Translations under genes and position numbers: made by a program
Shown: positions 26,179-34,282 of the stretch, piece after piece
How the letters are laid out: each line of letters starts with the position of its first letter
Position numbering within the stretch: position 1 is the stretch's first letter
IMG/VR virus record: IMGVR_UViG_3300032053_000043
Span: 1-64,000 of that record
Source of the DNA: a virus
Direction: 5' to 3' (one strand)
DNA: 64,000 nucleotides
Notes under the pieces: model-generated
Databases searched by the model: none
Told to the model about the DNA's origin: nothing
Seen by the model: the letters and a program-made list of their open reading frames with translations, nothing else

Positions 26179-27083
26179 ATGTTCTCAATCGCGGCGACCT
26201 GCGCCGTGAAGGTCCCGCTCGAGCAGGTGGCGTCGATGTCAATGTACCAAGTAGCCGTCGAGGCAATCGCCGCTGTCGCCGGGGCGCCAATCAATTGCGG
26301 AAGCACGACCGCTCCGGCGGTGGCGACCCCTGCCGCCTGCACGCTCGTTGCCGAGCGCACCGTTACCAACGCCTCGAACCCCGCCCAGGCGTTCGCTACC
26401 TGTGCCGCTGAAGTGGTTGAAATCCACGCCTGGTTGTCGCTCGTCGTCCCGTTCGCACCTGCTCGTACCCTGAAGATCAACGTGCCCGTGGAAGACGAAT
26501 TGCCGACAACCCGCACGCGGAAGGTATCTCCAGTTGCAACCGAGTTCGCTGCGATCGCGCACTTGTAAAGCAGCGTCTCGCCGGTCCCTGACGTAGCGAC
26601 CGCTGCGGGCATGGTACAAACCGCGATCAGCTTCTTCTTGCCTGCCAGCGTGGTCTGTAGGTTCGTCACATCCGAGATGGGGTGAGCATGGGAAGCAGCG
26701 GCTTTGCCTGCAAGGTCCGTTGTGAGATTCGTGACTTCGCTTTCGGCGTGGCCGTGTGAACTCGCGGCCTTGCCATTCAAGGCGTTTGCCAGGTCCGTTT
26801 GTGAACTCAGAGTTCCAGTAATCGCTCCCCAAACTCCGCTGCCGCCCGCTGGAGAATCGAACGGTACCCAGGCCGAGCCGGTGTCAGTGCATTGAACCCG
26901 CTTTGTACCGCCGCCCACCGTGCAACTTGTCGAGGCCAAGGCATTCGTGATTGTGGCAAAGCGGCCCTCGCATCCCGCAGTCGGAAGGTCAGCAACCAAG
27001 AGGCGGCCGAGGTACACATTGCAATCCTGATCGGCCTGAAGGCTCAGTGCTGCGAAGGTGAAGATTGTTAGGAGTAACCGCAT
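26175..27083 (-). CDS. Tail-fibre-like protein with phage tail repeats and a signal peptide
   Basis: WGAITGTLSSQTDLANALNGK and HxHxxSxVTNL repeats; MRLLLTIFTFAALSLQA. Confidence 0.7.
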   Translation of the reverse strand: MRLLLTIFTFAALSLQADQDCNVYLGRLLVADLPTAGCEGRFATITNALASTSCTVGGGTKRVQCTDTGSAWVPFDSPAGGSGVWGAITGTLSSQTDLANALNGKAASSHGHAESEVTNLTTDLAGKAAASHAHPISDVTNLQTTLAGKKKLIAVCTMPAAVATSGTGETLLYKCAIAANSVATGDTFRVRVVGNSSSTGTLIFRVRAGANGTTSDNQAWISTTSAAQVANAWAGFEALVTVRSATSVQAAGVATAGAVVLPQLIGAPATAAIASTATWYIDIDATCSSGTFTAQVAAIENI

Positions 27084-27466
27084 TAGAACCCCAATCTCGC
27101 AAGCAGTATGTCCCGCTGCGCTGGTGTGAGCAACTGCCACACGTCGCGCCGGAATTGCGTCTGGGCCTGTTTGTCCTGAGCCGCCAGCGACCGAACTTGC
27201 CGAGACAATGTGCCGATGCGGGCGAGGTCAGGGCTTGGAGCGTCCAACAGGACTTCCAGTTCGTCAACAGTCGAGGCCATCTGCACCTGCAAATTGGTGA
27301 CGGCATCGTTGCGCGCTTGAGTCAGCGTTGCCACTGCCTGCTGCTGCACTTCGGTCAGATTCAGACCGGCTAACGGAGAAGCGATCAGGGCCATGGGCGA
27401 GAGTTGCGCGGCGGCTATGGGAACCAAAACTAGACTAACAACCAGGACCATCAAAAGTCGTTTCAT
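27083..27466 (-). CDS. Spy/CpxP-like periplasmic LTxxQ protein
   Basis: Signal peptide ending PIAAA; LNLTEVQQ and LLTPAQR motifs. Confidence 0.75.
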   Translation of the reverse strand: MKRLLMVLVVSLVLVPIAAAQLSPMALIASPLAGLNLTEVQQQAVATLTQARNDAVTNLQVQMASTVDELEVLLDAPSPDLARIGTLSRQVRSLAAQDKQAQTQFRRDVWQLLTPAQRDILLARLGF

Positions 27467-27474
27467 CTTGCACC

Positions 27475-30400
27475 TCAGTTGAAAATCAGGTACGTATAGC
27501 ATGCCGGGTCTGTTGTTGGTGCCACGTCAATCGCAATCGTGAAACTGGTCGCAGCGGTCTTGGCCGTCACCCTGGCCGTGCCGAGCACCAAGTCGGACTG
27601 CGTGTTACAGGTCACGCTCAGTTCCGTTCCCAGTGAATTGTCCCGCGTGACCATGATACGACTGGTGGCCGTGACTGCCGTAGTGTTCACTACAACTGCC
27701 GTTGCCGTTGCCGAGATGATAACCGCTCCGGCAGCAGCCGTTCCGCAGTCGGCAGGTGTGGCGGTGCCGTCGGCGCAGTTGGTCGTTGTATTGTAGGCAC
27801 TGGCTCGTATTGGCGCGCCGCCACTGTCGTCGGCCAAGCGACTCTCAAGTTCCACGGCGCTAGTCTTAAGCGCGGGATAAGATGCAGTCGTGCCGCCGAA
27901 TTGCAACATAGTGAAACCGGATGCCGCACCCCATTTCCGAAACGTCAGGTATCCATCCGCTGCGCTGCGCACGGCGGACCCGTTCCACCAAGATAAGTCA
28001 TAAGACAGGGGTATATATACTGGACCCCATAGCGTTGAAATTCCTACCACGTGGAACTGAGTGTTTGGCTGGTATCCAAGCATCGTACCAATGCCAACAT
28101 AACCAGTCACCGGGTCAATCTTAATGACCCGCGTCCCATCCACCCAAATCCCCCCGGTAGTGCTGTCCGTCGCATTGCACCCCACGGTCAGCGAACCGTC
28201 TGCGGTGACAAAATCATAAGTGGTGGTGCTGTTATCCGCAATCGTGGGCGATGCGCCGACTTGGTATAACGGCGTGGTGGTTCCGGCTTTCGACGCGCAG
28301 ACATTCCGGCCCGTGGTCACGTCAGAAGTGCCAGTAGGAATGGCACTCAACGGCACAGTAGCATTCGCTCCGCAAGTCTGCGCGGCGCTGGCTGCTCCGT
28401 ATTGCGTCTCGCCATTCGCAGTCACGAAGGTCGTTACGAAGACGTGCGTACCTGCCGTACATGAACCGCCAGCGGTAGGAGCATTCGAGGTTGGCGCTCC
28501 TGGTGTGGCCTCGGAGATGAACCTCAAGTGCCCGTAGTCGATACGAGAATTGCCGTTGTAGACGTGAAGTTTCTCGGCTGGCGCCGTCGTCCCGATGCCG
28601 ACGTTGCCGGGAATAGAAATCGTACCAGAACTAGGATTACTAATTGTGTCTCCATGCGAGAGCCGAACATCGGCAACTCCATACGAAGTGCGACCCATCC
28701 CGACAAGAGACAGGTCCAAGCCATAATCAAAGGGAGCACTAGTATTGAAGATATATGCCTTGAACGCCGCTCCAGCTCCGGCAGACGATTCGCTCAACGC
28801 ATTGCCTAGGATGGCAGCAAACGCGGCATTAGCCTTCCTGCGACCCGTTTCCATGTTAAGCAAAGCACCGACAGCCCCGTCAATCTGCGAAGTGCTGAGG
28901 GTGACTCCTGTGCTAAGGTAACTTGAGCCAAAGGCTCCGAAGATTCCTGAAGAGCCTGGATAACCGTTGAAGGTTACAGTTCCGTTAACTCGTAGAGTTC
29001 CGAAGGTGCCGTAGGCTTGACCGATGGTAGTTCCGGTATCAATCAGCGCGTCTCCTACTGCTCCATAAACTGCTACGGCAGTCCCAACCTTGACTTCAGT
29101 GGTGCTATTCGATCCCCAAACCTGATCGTATGCGGTCGAGCCTGTGTCTTGAAGCGAATGGAAACGACCACCTACTAAGTAACCTCCGGAAGCGTGATCC
29201 CCACCAGTGCTCTTAACTCGGCCCTCTACACCTCGAAGCACCGAGCTAAGACTCATATCTGAGGTGAGGAACGTCGAGATGCCTTGCTGGGTACCAGAAA
29301 ACGCAGAACGATCTGAGTAAGAAGCAGAAGTCCCATACCTCAACGCGCCCGTAAAGTTGAACATTCCATTAGTCTTATTGTCAATGGTCTCCCCACTCGA
29401 CATTTCGATCTCGGCGGTTCCGATAGTCGCATTGAGCATTGAGAGACCATAGGTCCAGCCGGTCGTACCAGCGTCACTCAGAAAGAATCCATGGGTGACG
29501 GCGTTAGTAGTAGACTCGTTGTAACCCCAAAAGGCGTGGAAGTTATTGAGGTTCCCAACGGTCCCGCCAGTAAAGTAAGGAGCCATGTAAGAGCGAACAC
29601 CTGTGAAGGCAGTCCATTGCTCCGCTACATTATCCGCAGCCGTTCGTACTGAGGCGTCAACACCGAATGAACTCCGCGCTGTCGCGCCAGGGTAGCCTAC
29701 ATTATCGGTGTAGGTTCTGAAGTGCCCACCGCGAAGAGTAATTGACTCATCTGCCCCACGTGAACGGGCTACGCCTTCCACAGCGGTCATTACGTAATTC
29801 GCATTTGTGGTGTCTGTACGATTAATGGCGAAGTAAGCAGCGTCGATGTCAGCCGCAACGTCTACTGGAATACTTTTGACGACGTTTAGTAAGTAAGTCG
29901 CGTCGGCAGCTATACCCAAACCAAGACGAGCAAATTGCGGTGTCGAAGTCGTGGCAATATCCTGCGGAGTCGAAAGTGTAATAGTTCCTGCGCCAGGCGT
30001 CGAAGTAATTTGATTCGTTGTGCCGGCTACACTTCCAAGAACAGGAACGTCTCCAGTTTTGCCAATAAGTATTTGCCCATCTGTCGGCGCAGCCGTTGTA
30101 ACAGCTTGCTTTAAAGCGTTCGAGTAAACAAAGGCTTTCGCTGTCCAAGAAGCGAAAAGGGGAGGATCAGTCAATGGAAGATTGATGTACCCCGAATACG
30201 ACGCAGTCACAGAGCCAGTTCCCGTAACTGGCGTTGAAAACGTAATCCTCACATAGTTCGCAGAAGCTCCAAAAATAGTCGAAGTCCCATTACTTGTACA
30301 AGTCTGCGCGGTGACTAAGTCAGTCCAACCACTAGTACCAGTAGCACTTTGCTCAACGACTACTTCGCACTTGGAAACAGTCCCCGACTTATTCCAAGCG

Positions 30401-30555
30401 AGCTTGTGGTAAGCTACGCTTGTACCGATTTGCTTTTGAGCACTCGAAGAGGCCGCGCCGGTGGCGGTGCCGACGTAGGAGAAATACATCGCGTAGTCAT
30501 CGGCGAACGTTGGAAAAGCCAAAAGAAAAACGACGAACAGAAGTCTCTTAAACAT
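27475..30555 (-). CDS. Large tail-fibre-like protein (1026 aa) with signal peptide; mosaic
   Basis: Thr/Gly/Ala-rich; PQDIATTSTPQFARLGLG and GNVGIGT motifs; MFKRLLFVVFLLAFPTFA. Confidence 0.75.
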   Translation of the reverse strand: MFKRLLFVVFLLAFPTFADDYAMYFSYVGTATGAASSSAQKQIGTSVAYHKLAWNKSGTVSKCEVVVEQSATGTSGWTDLVTAQTCTSNGTSTIFGASANYVRITFSTPVTGTGSVTASYSGYINLPLTDPPLFASWTAKAFVYSNALKQAVTTAAPTDGQILIGKTGDVPVLGSVAGTTNQITSTPGAGTITLSTPQDIATTSTPQFARLGLGIAADATYLLNVVKSIPVDVAADIDAAYFAINRTDTTNANYVMTAVEGVARSRGADESITLRGGHFRTYTDNVGYPGATARSSFGVDASVRTAADNVAEQWTAFTGVRSYMAPYFTGGTVGNLNNFHAFWGYNESTTNAVTHGFFLSDAGTTGWTYGLSMLNATIGTAEIEMSSGETIDNKTNGMFNFTGALRYGTSASYSDRSAFSGTQQGISTFLTSDMSLSSVLRGVEGRVKSTGGDHASGGYLVGGRFHSLQDTGSTAYDQVWGSNSTTEVKVGTAVAVYGAVGDALIDTGTTIGQAYGTFGTLRVNGTVTFNGYPGSSGIFGAFGSSYLSTGVTLSTSQIDGAVGALLNMETGRRKANAAFAAILGNALSESSAGAGAAFKAYIFNTSAPFDYGLDLSLVGMGRTSYGVADVRLSHGDTISNPSSGTISIPGNVGIGTTAPAEKLHVYNGNSRIDYGHLRFISEATPGAPTSNAPTAGGSCTAGTHVFVTTFVTANGETQYGAASAAQTCGANATVPLSAIPTGTSDVTTGRNVCASKAGTTTPLYQVGASPTIADNSTTTYDFVTADGSLTVGCNATDSTTGGIWVDGTRVIKIDPVTGYVGIGTMLGYQPNTQFHVVGISTLWGPVYIPLSYDLSWWNGSAVRSAADGYLTFRKWGAASGFTMLQFGGTTASYPALKTSAVELESRLADDSGGAPIRASAYNTTTNCADGTATPADCGTAAAGAVIISATATAVVVNTTAVTATSRIMVTRDNSLGTELSVTCNTQSDLVLGTARVTAKTAATSFTIAIDVAPTTDPACYTYLIFN

Positions 30556-30563
30556 CTTTTACC

Positions 30564-31634
30564 TCACGAAAATGGTGGTAACGACTCCGTCGGCGATCTT
30601 TGTGCGCCTCCAGTTGACGTGGTCGGCGTGGCTGTAGTCCCGCCCGGCCAAATCGTTTTGTAAATGTCCAAGCCCGCTTGCGCGATACTTCCAGCTCCAG
30701 CCAGAACCGCGCCGGTAGCTCCTATTCCACTTGTCTTACCAAGGTACGGAGGAAACGTGGTAGCAAGTCCGTAAATCAGATTAAGAAGTGGTCCGTACTC
30801 CGGCTGTGTCCTGATGAACTCTGCAAGAGTTCGATTAATCGCTGCTTGATCCATCCCCTGGAAAAGTTCGCCAAGCTTCTGGGCTGCTGGGTACAAAAGA
30901 TTCAGTGCTTGCACCTGACGACCCCGCGCGGATTCGAGTGCCGTTGTTTCCATTCCCCCAAACATCGCCGCTTTTTCTCTCGCAGCCTGCAAATTGTAGT
31001 CGGTCATGGCTTGGCCATAAGGCGAGCTGGTCATGCCACCGCCTGCGGCGAATCCTTCTGCGACATTGGCTTCGCCCATTCGGTACTGGCGCTCCATCGC
31101 ACTTTGCATCTTCGCCCACTGAGCCGTTTGGCTCACAGGCATACCAGTCTTGACCATCTCCCCAAGCGTCCCACCCCCTGTACCAGCCATAGCGCCTTGG
31201 AATTGCTGCAGAAGGTCCGCAAGCAATGGAGTCATTCCAGCGGAAAGCTGTCCTGGATCCGTTACACCTCCGGTACTTGGCAACGCCGCCGTACCACCGT
31301 AAGGCGTCGCGCCCTTACCGATTTGGCTGCTAAGGTAAGCAAGCAATTGATTGGTAAAATCAGGCGAAATAGGGCCACCCGCCACATACTGTCCGGTATT
31401 CTTTACGTCGTAAGTCTGTGGTTGTACACTTGGAGTTGTTAAAGCAAATCCAGACGAACCTTGGCCAGCCGAAGGCGTAAACGTACCAAGACCACCCAAT
31501 GGGAAGCTAAAGCCATCTCCGCCTCCATAGCCTCCGTAAGGATCTCCACCGCCATACGGATCCGAACCCGCCATAAGATTGGAAGTCGTCAAAGGAAACG
31601 CCGGCGCTGCCGGAGAACCACCCGCGACAGCCAT
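30564..31634 (-). CDS. Ejection / pilot-like internal virion protein
   Basis: Gly/Ala/Gln-rich, low-complexity N-terminus. Confidence 0.55.
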   Translation of the reverse strand: MAVAGGSPAAPAFPLTTSNLMAGSDPYGGGDPYGGYGGGDGFSFPLGGLGTFTPSAGQGSSGFALTTPSVQPQTYDVKNTGQYVAGGPISPDFTNQLLAYLSSQIGKGATPYGGTAALPSTGGVTDPGQLSAGMTPLLADLLQQFQGAMAGTGGGTLGEMVKTGMPVSQTAQWAKMQSAMERQYRMGEANVAEGFAAGGGMTSSPYGQAMTDYNLQAAREKAAMFGGMETTALESARGRQVQALNLLYPAAQKLGELFQGMDQAAINRTLAEFIRTQPEYGPLLNLIYGLATTFPPYLGKTSGIGATGAVLAGAGSIAQAGLDIYKTIWPGGTTATPTTSTGGAQRSPTESLPPFS

Positions 31635-31642
31635 AGTACCTC

Positions 31643-31921
31643 CTACTTCAGGTAGATGAAAAGTTGTCCGCTGTCAAGCGTCGGAACGATAAGTCCGTCG
31701 ATCCACCCAGGCGATACACGTATTGCAGACAAGTCCGCTTTTCCATTGCTGGAAAAAACAGGAGCACCCGCAGAATTCTGGATTACAGCCGTATGTGCGT
31801 CGGCGGTGTAATTCGCCCAGACAAGCTCTTTAATGTTCATACGCCCGTTGAAAAGAACAGACGCTCCTGGAGTATCAATGTATATCGGCCTAGTCCCAAT
31901 TGTGTTTGCCATAAGTGTCAA
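31643..31921 (-). CDS. Small virion-associated hypothetical protein
   Basis: ORF in the structural operon. Confidence 0.55.
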   Translation of the reverse strand: MTLMANTIGTRPIYIDTPGASVLFNGRMNIKELVWANYTADAHTAVIQNSAGAPVFSSNGKADLSAIRVSPGWIDGLIVPTLDSGQLFIYLK

Positions 31922-31922
31922 C

Positions 31923-33185
31923 CTACTTTACACTTCCGTTTTTTTGTAAAGACTTAACCAAGCCAAGCTTGTCCATATCTCCATAGAACAATGGACACAA
32001 ATCGGTTCGGTAGAATTTCCTCCGAAGCCTCAACTGCGAAGCAACCTGCAACGCAGCGGCTCCCGCCTCAGGCGATGTTTTGCCATAGCCGCAGGCTACG
32101 CCCACAATTCCGTGTCCTCCAGAAGTGACATACTTACCATCCTGCGAAAGCATTACTTCGTAAGGAGCAAAGTGGGCCAAATCCACGTCTTGCAGCGAAA
32201 GACCAGCCTCGGCTTTGTACTCTTCGTAAGGCCACGGAAGTACGGTAATCCTTATGCCAAAGGCGTAGCCACTTCGCAGATTCATTTCACGAATACTACC
32301 GTATGCTAAATCATGGAAAAACTGACCCAAGTCACCTTGGAACAACTCCGTGAACAAAGTCGGAGCGGCATCATAGCCGAAACGTGGCGTAAACTCCAAA
32401 CCGCAGATTTCGCCTTCTTCAGTGACTATCGAATTCAAGTCCAACGGACCCACGTAACCGCCTTCGGCTAATACTTTAGTATAACTGTCAAGGCAATCAC
32501 ATTCGTCAGACTTTACCCAAACGACGTTTCCGGCGCAACCCATTGATGGACCAAGTTCGTCATTAGCTAAGTGCTTACGCTCAAGTGTGTGGTTAAGTGG
32601 CCTAATAAATTCTTTACCGTTAAACCAGCCCTCAAGGGAGATGGCTACGCCTTCCACAAATTCTTGCAGCTCGAAGCTTGGTTCGCCGCGCGAAGCTTCT
32701 TCAAGCTTATTAAGCTCTTCGATTAAATCCTCGGCGCCTTCGGATACGTAGCTAGGAAAAGTACCACTTAGATTGCCTGTAGGCTTAATTGCAAAACGTT
32801 CGTTAGAATGCTTTTCTGCGAACTTTGCGGCTTCCTCGAAAGAATCAAATTCCCAATTCCTCGGAACACGAAGTCCGGCTTTCTGCATCAGCTTTCTGGA
32901 GAAAGCACGATCGTTCTCAAGCCTATCGGCTATCAAGGCCCCACCTACTACTTTGTAGCCCGCCTGCTTTAGCATTGTGCAAAACGGACCGAAACCCACG
33001 GTATCTGCGATAATGATAGTCCTTTCTGGAATGCCACGCAAATCCGAAACTTGATCTATTAGACCAAGTCCAACTTCTTGACACTTATCGTCCCGGATCC
33101 ACATAGCAACGCTATTGCCTTCGGCTTTCAGCCGAATTGCTACTGAAAGGCTATCGCCGGATTCGCTAAGAATTAGGAAGTGCAT
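31923..33185 (-). CDS. PurD (phosphoribosylamine-glycine ligase)-like ATP-grasp protein
   Basis: ADRLENDRAFSRKLM, IKP, LQEFVEGVAIS, GPSMG, YVGPLDLN, LEFTPRFGY, FYRTD. Confidence 0.8.
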   Translation of the reverse strand: MHFLILSESGDSLSVAIRLKAEGNSVAMWIRDDKCQEVGLGLIDQVSDLRGIPERTIIIADTVGFGPFCTMLKQAGYKVVGGALIADRLENDRAFSRKLMQKAGLRVPRNWEFDSFEEAAKFAEKHSNERFAIKPTGNLSGTFPSYVSEGAEDLIEELNKLEEASRGEPSFELQEFVEGVAISLEGWFNGKEFIRPLNHTLERKHLANDELGPSMGCAGNVVWVKSDECDCLDSYTKVLAEGGYVGPLDLNSIVTEEGEICGLEFTPRFGYDAAPTLFTELFQGDLGQFFHDLAYGSIREMNLRSGYAFGIRITVLPWPYEEYKAEAGLSLQDVDLAHFAPYEVMLSQDGKYVTSGGHGIVGVACGYGKTSPEAGAAALQVASQLRLRRKFYRTDLCPLFYGDMDKLGLVKSLQKNGSVK

Positions 33186-33243
33186 TTACTTTACCGCAGC
33201 CAGCCAGCATCAAGAACAGCGCGAGAATGGGCGCGAGTTTCAT
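33166..33243 (-). CDS. Tiny lipopeptide or truncated lipoprotein (25 aa)
   Basis: MKLAPILALFLMLAG-CGKVNALPNS*; canonical lipobox LAGC; starts 2 nt after the upstream stop. Confidence 0.5.
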   Translation of the reverse strand: MKLAPILALFLMLAGCGKVNALPNS

Positions 33244-33245
33244 GG

Positions 33246-34280
33246 TTAGAAGAACTGCTCAAAGTCCGCTGCTACCGAGTAAGCAGCCGCCCGCGAAACA
33301 CGTGCAACGTTGGCCGCAAGTCCGGCGGCTCCTGCGAATCGGAATCCAACCGTCACGGCCCCACTTAGAACGGTCGCGCTGCCTAGCAACATGGGTTTTT
33401 TGAACAGTGGAACCCCACCCAGGTAAACGTTCATCCCGCCAGCGGGAATGCCACCGATGGTACCGGTCGACAGGTTCGCAACCATCTTTACCTTGTGCCA
33501 CCAATGTCCAGAGACGCAACCGGGAGCGGCACCGCCGCCGCACTGGCGCAACTCACCGACACCAGAAACGGCTTTGTAAATATCAATGTTCGCGGCGTTG
33601 TTGTCGAGTACCCTGTAATTATCCGTAGCCTCGCTTCCCGCCTTGGCAATTATGATCCCCACCGTATTCGCAGCGCCGGCGTTTGCAAAGTCTACTTGTA
33701 GGCAAAGCAGTTCGCCGGTAGCGGGTGCCAAAGATATAGATGAATACAGGAAAAAGACGTTGACCGCACTCCCGACAGGATTGAAAAACTTCATGTGGGA
33801 AATATGGTCATGTGCGGCATCGCCCGAGTCAGCATCAGCGGTCACAAGTTGCGTCACGTCACCAACAACCCACGGCCCGCCGGCTCCAGTATAGGCAATG
33901 GAAAATTGAGTAAAGTCAGTCCCGTTCCATTTCCACAGCGAAGTATAAGGTGGAATGGTACCACCTGGAATCGCCGCAAACGTCAAATCTACACGCTTTG
34001 CGCCTGGGTTGTCTGCAGCGGTAATTCCCACGTTAGCGCCCGGAACAACATTGAAACCTGGTTCAGTTCCAACTAACACGCCCGACTTTTGTACCCCAAC
34101 ACCCGCAAACGGTTCCCCAACAGCAGCTACAGTTTGCGAAGAAGTTCTGCGAAGTTGCTCGGTAGATTCACCTATTTGATTAACAGCCGTAGCAATAGCC
34201 AAGTACATTTCGTACAAAGCACGATTCACCTCCGGATCGCGTACCGCAAGGAACGGCGGCTGATATGGAAGTCTTTCCAT
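33246..34280 (-). CDS. Virion structural protein
   Basis: Helical N-terminus followed by a beta-rich domain; follows tail genes. Confidence 0.55.
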   Translation of the reverse strand: MERLPYQPPFLAVRDPEVNRALYEMYLAIATAVNQIGESTEQLRRTSSQTVAAVGEPFAGVGVQKSGVLVGTEPGFNVVPGANVGITAADNPGAKRVDLTFAAIPGGTIPPYTSLWKWNGTDFTQFSIAYTGAGGPWVVGDVTQLVTADADSGDAAHDHISHMKFFNPVGSAVNVFFLYSSISLAPATGELLCLQVDFANAGAANTVGIIIAKAGSEATDNYRVLDNNAANIDIYKAVSGVGELRQCGGGAAPGCVSGHWWHKVKMVANLSTGTIGGIPAGGMNVYLGGVPLFKKPMLLGSATVLSGAVTVGFRFAGAAGLAANVARVSRAAAYSVAADFEQFF

Positions 34281-34282
34281 TA

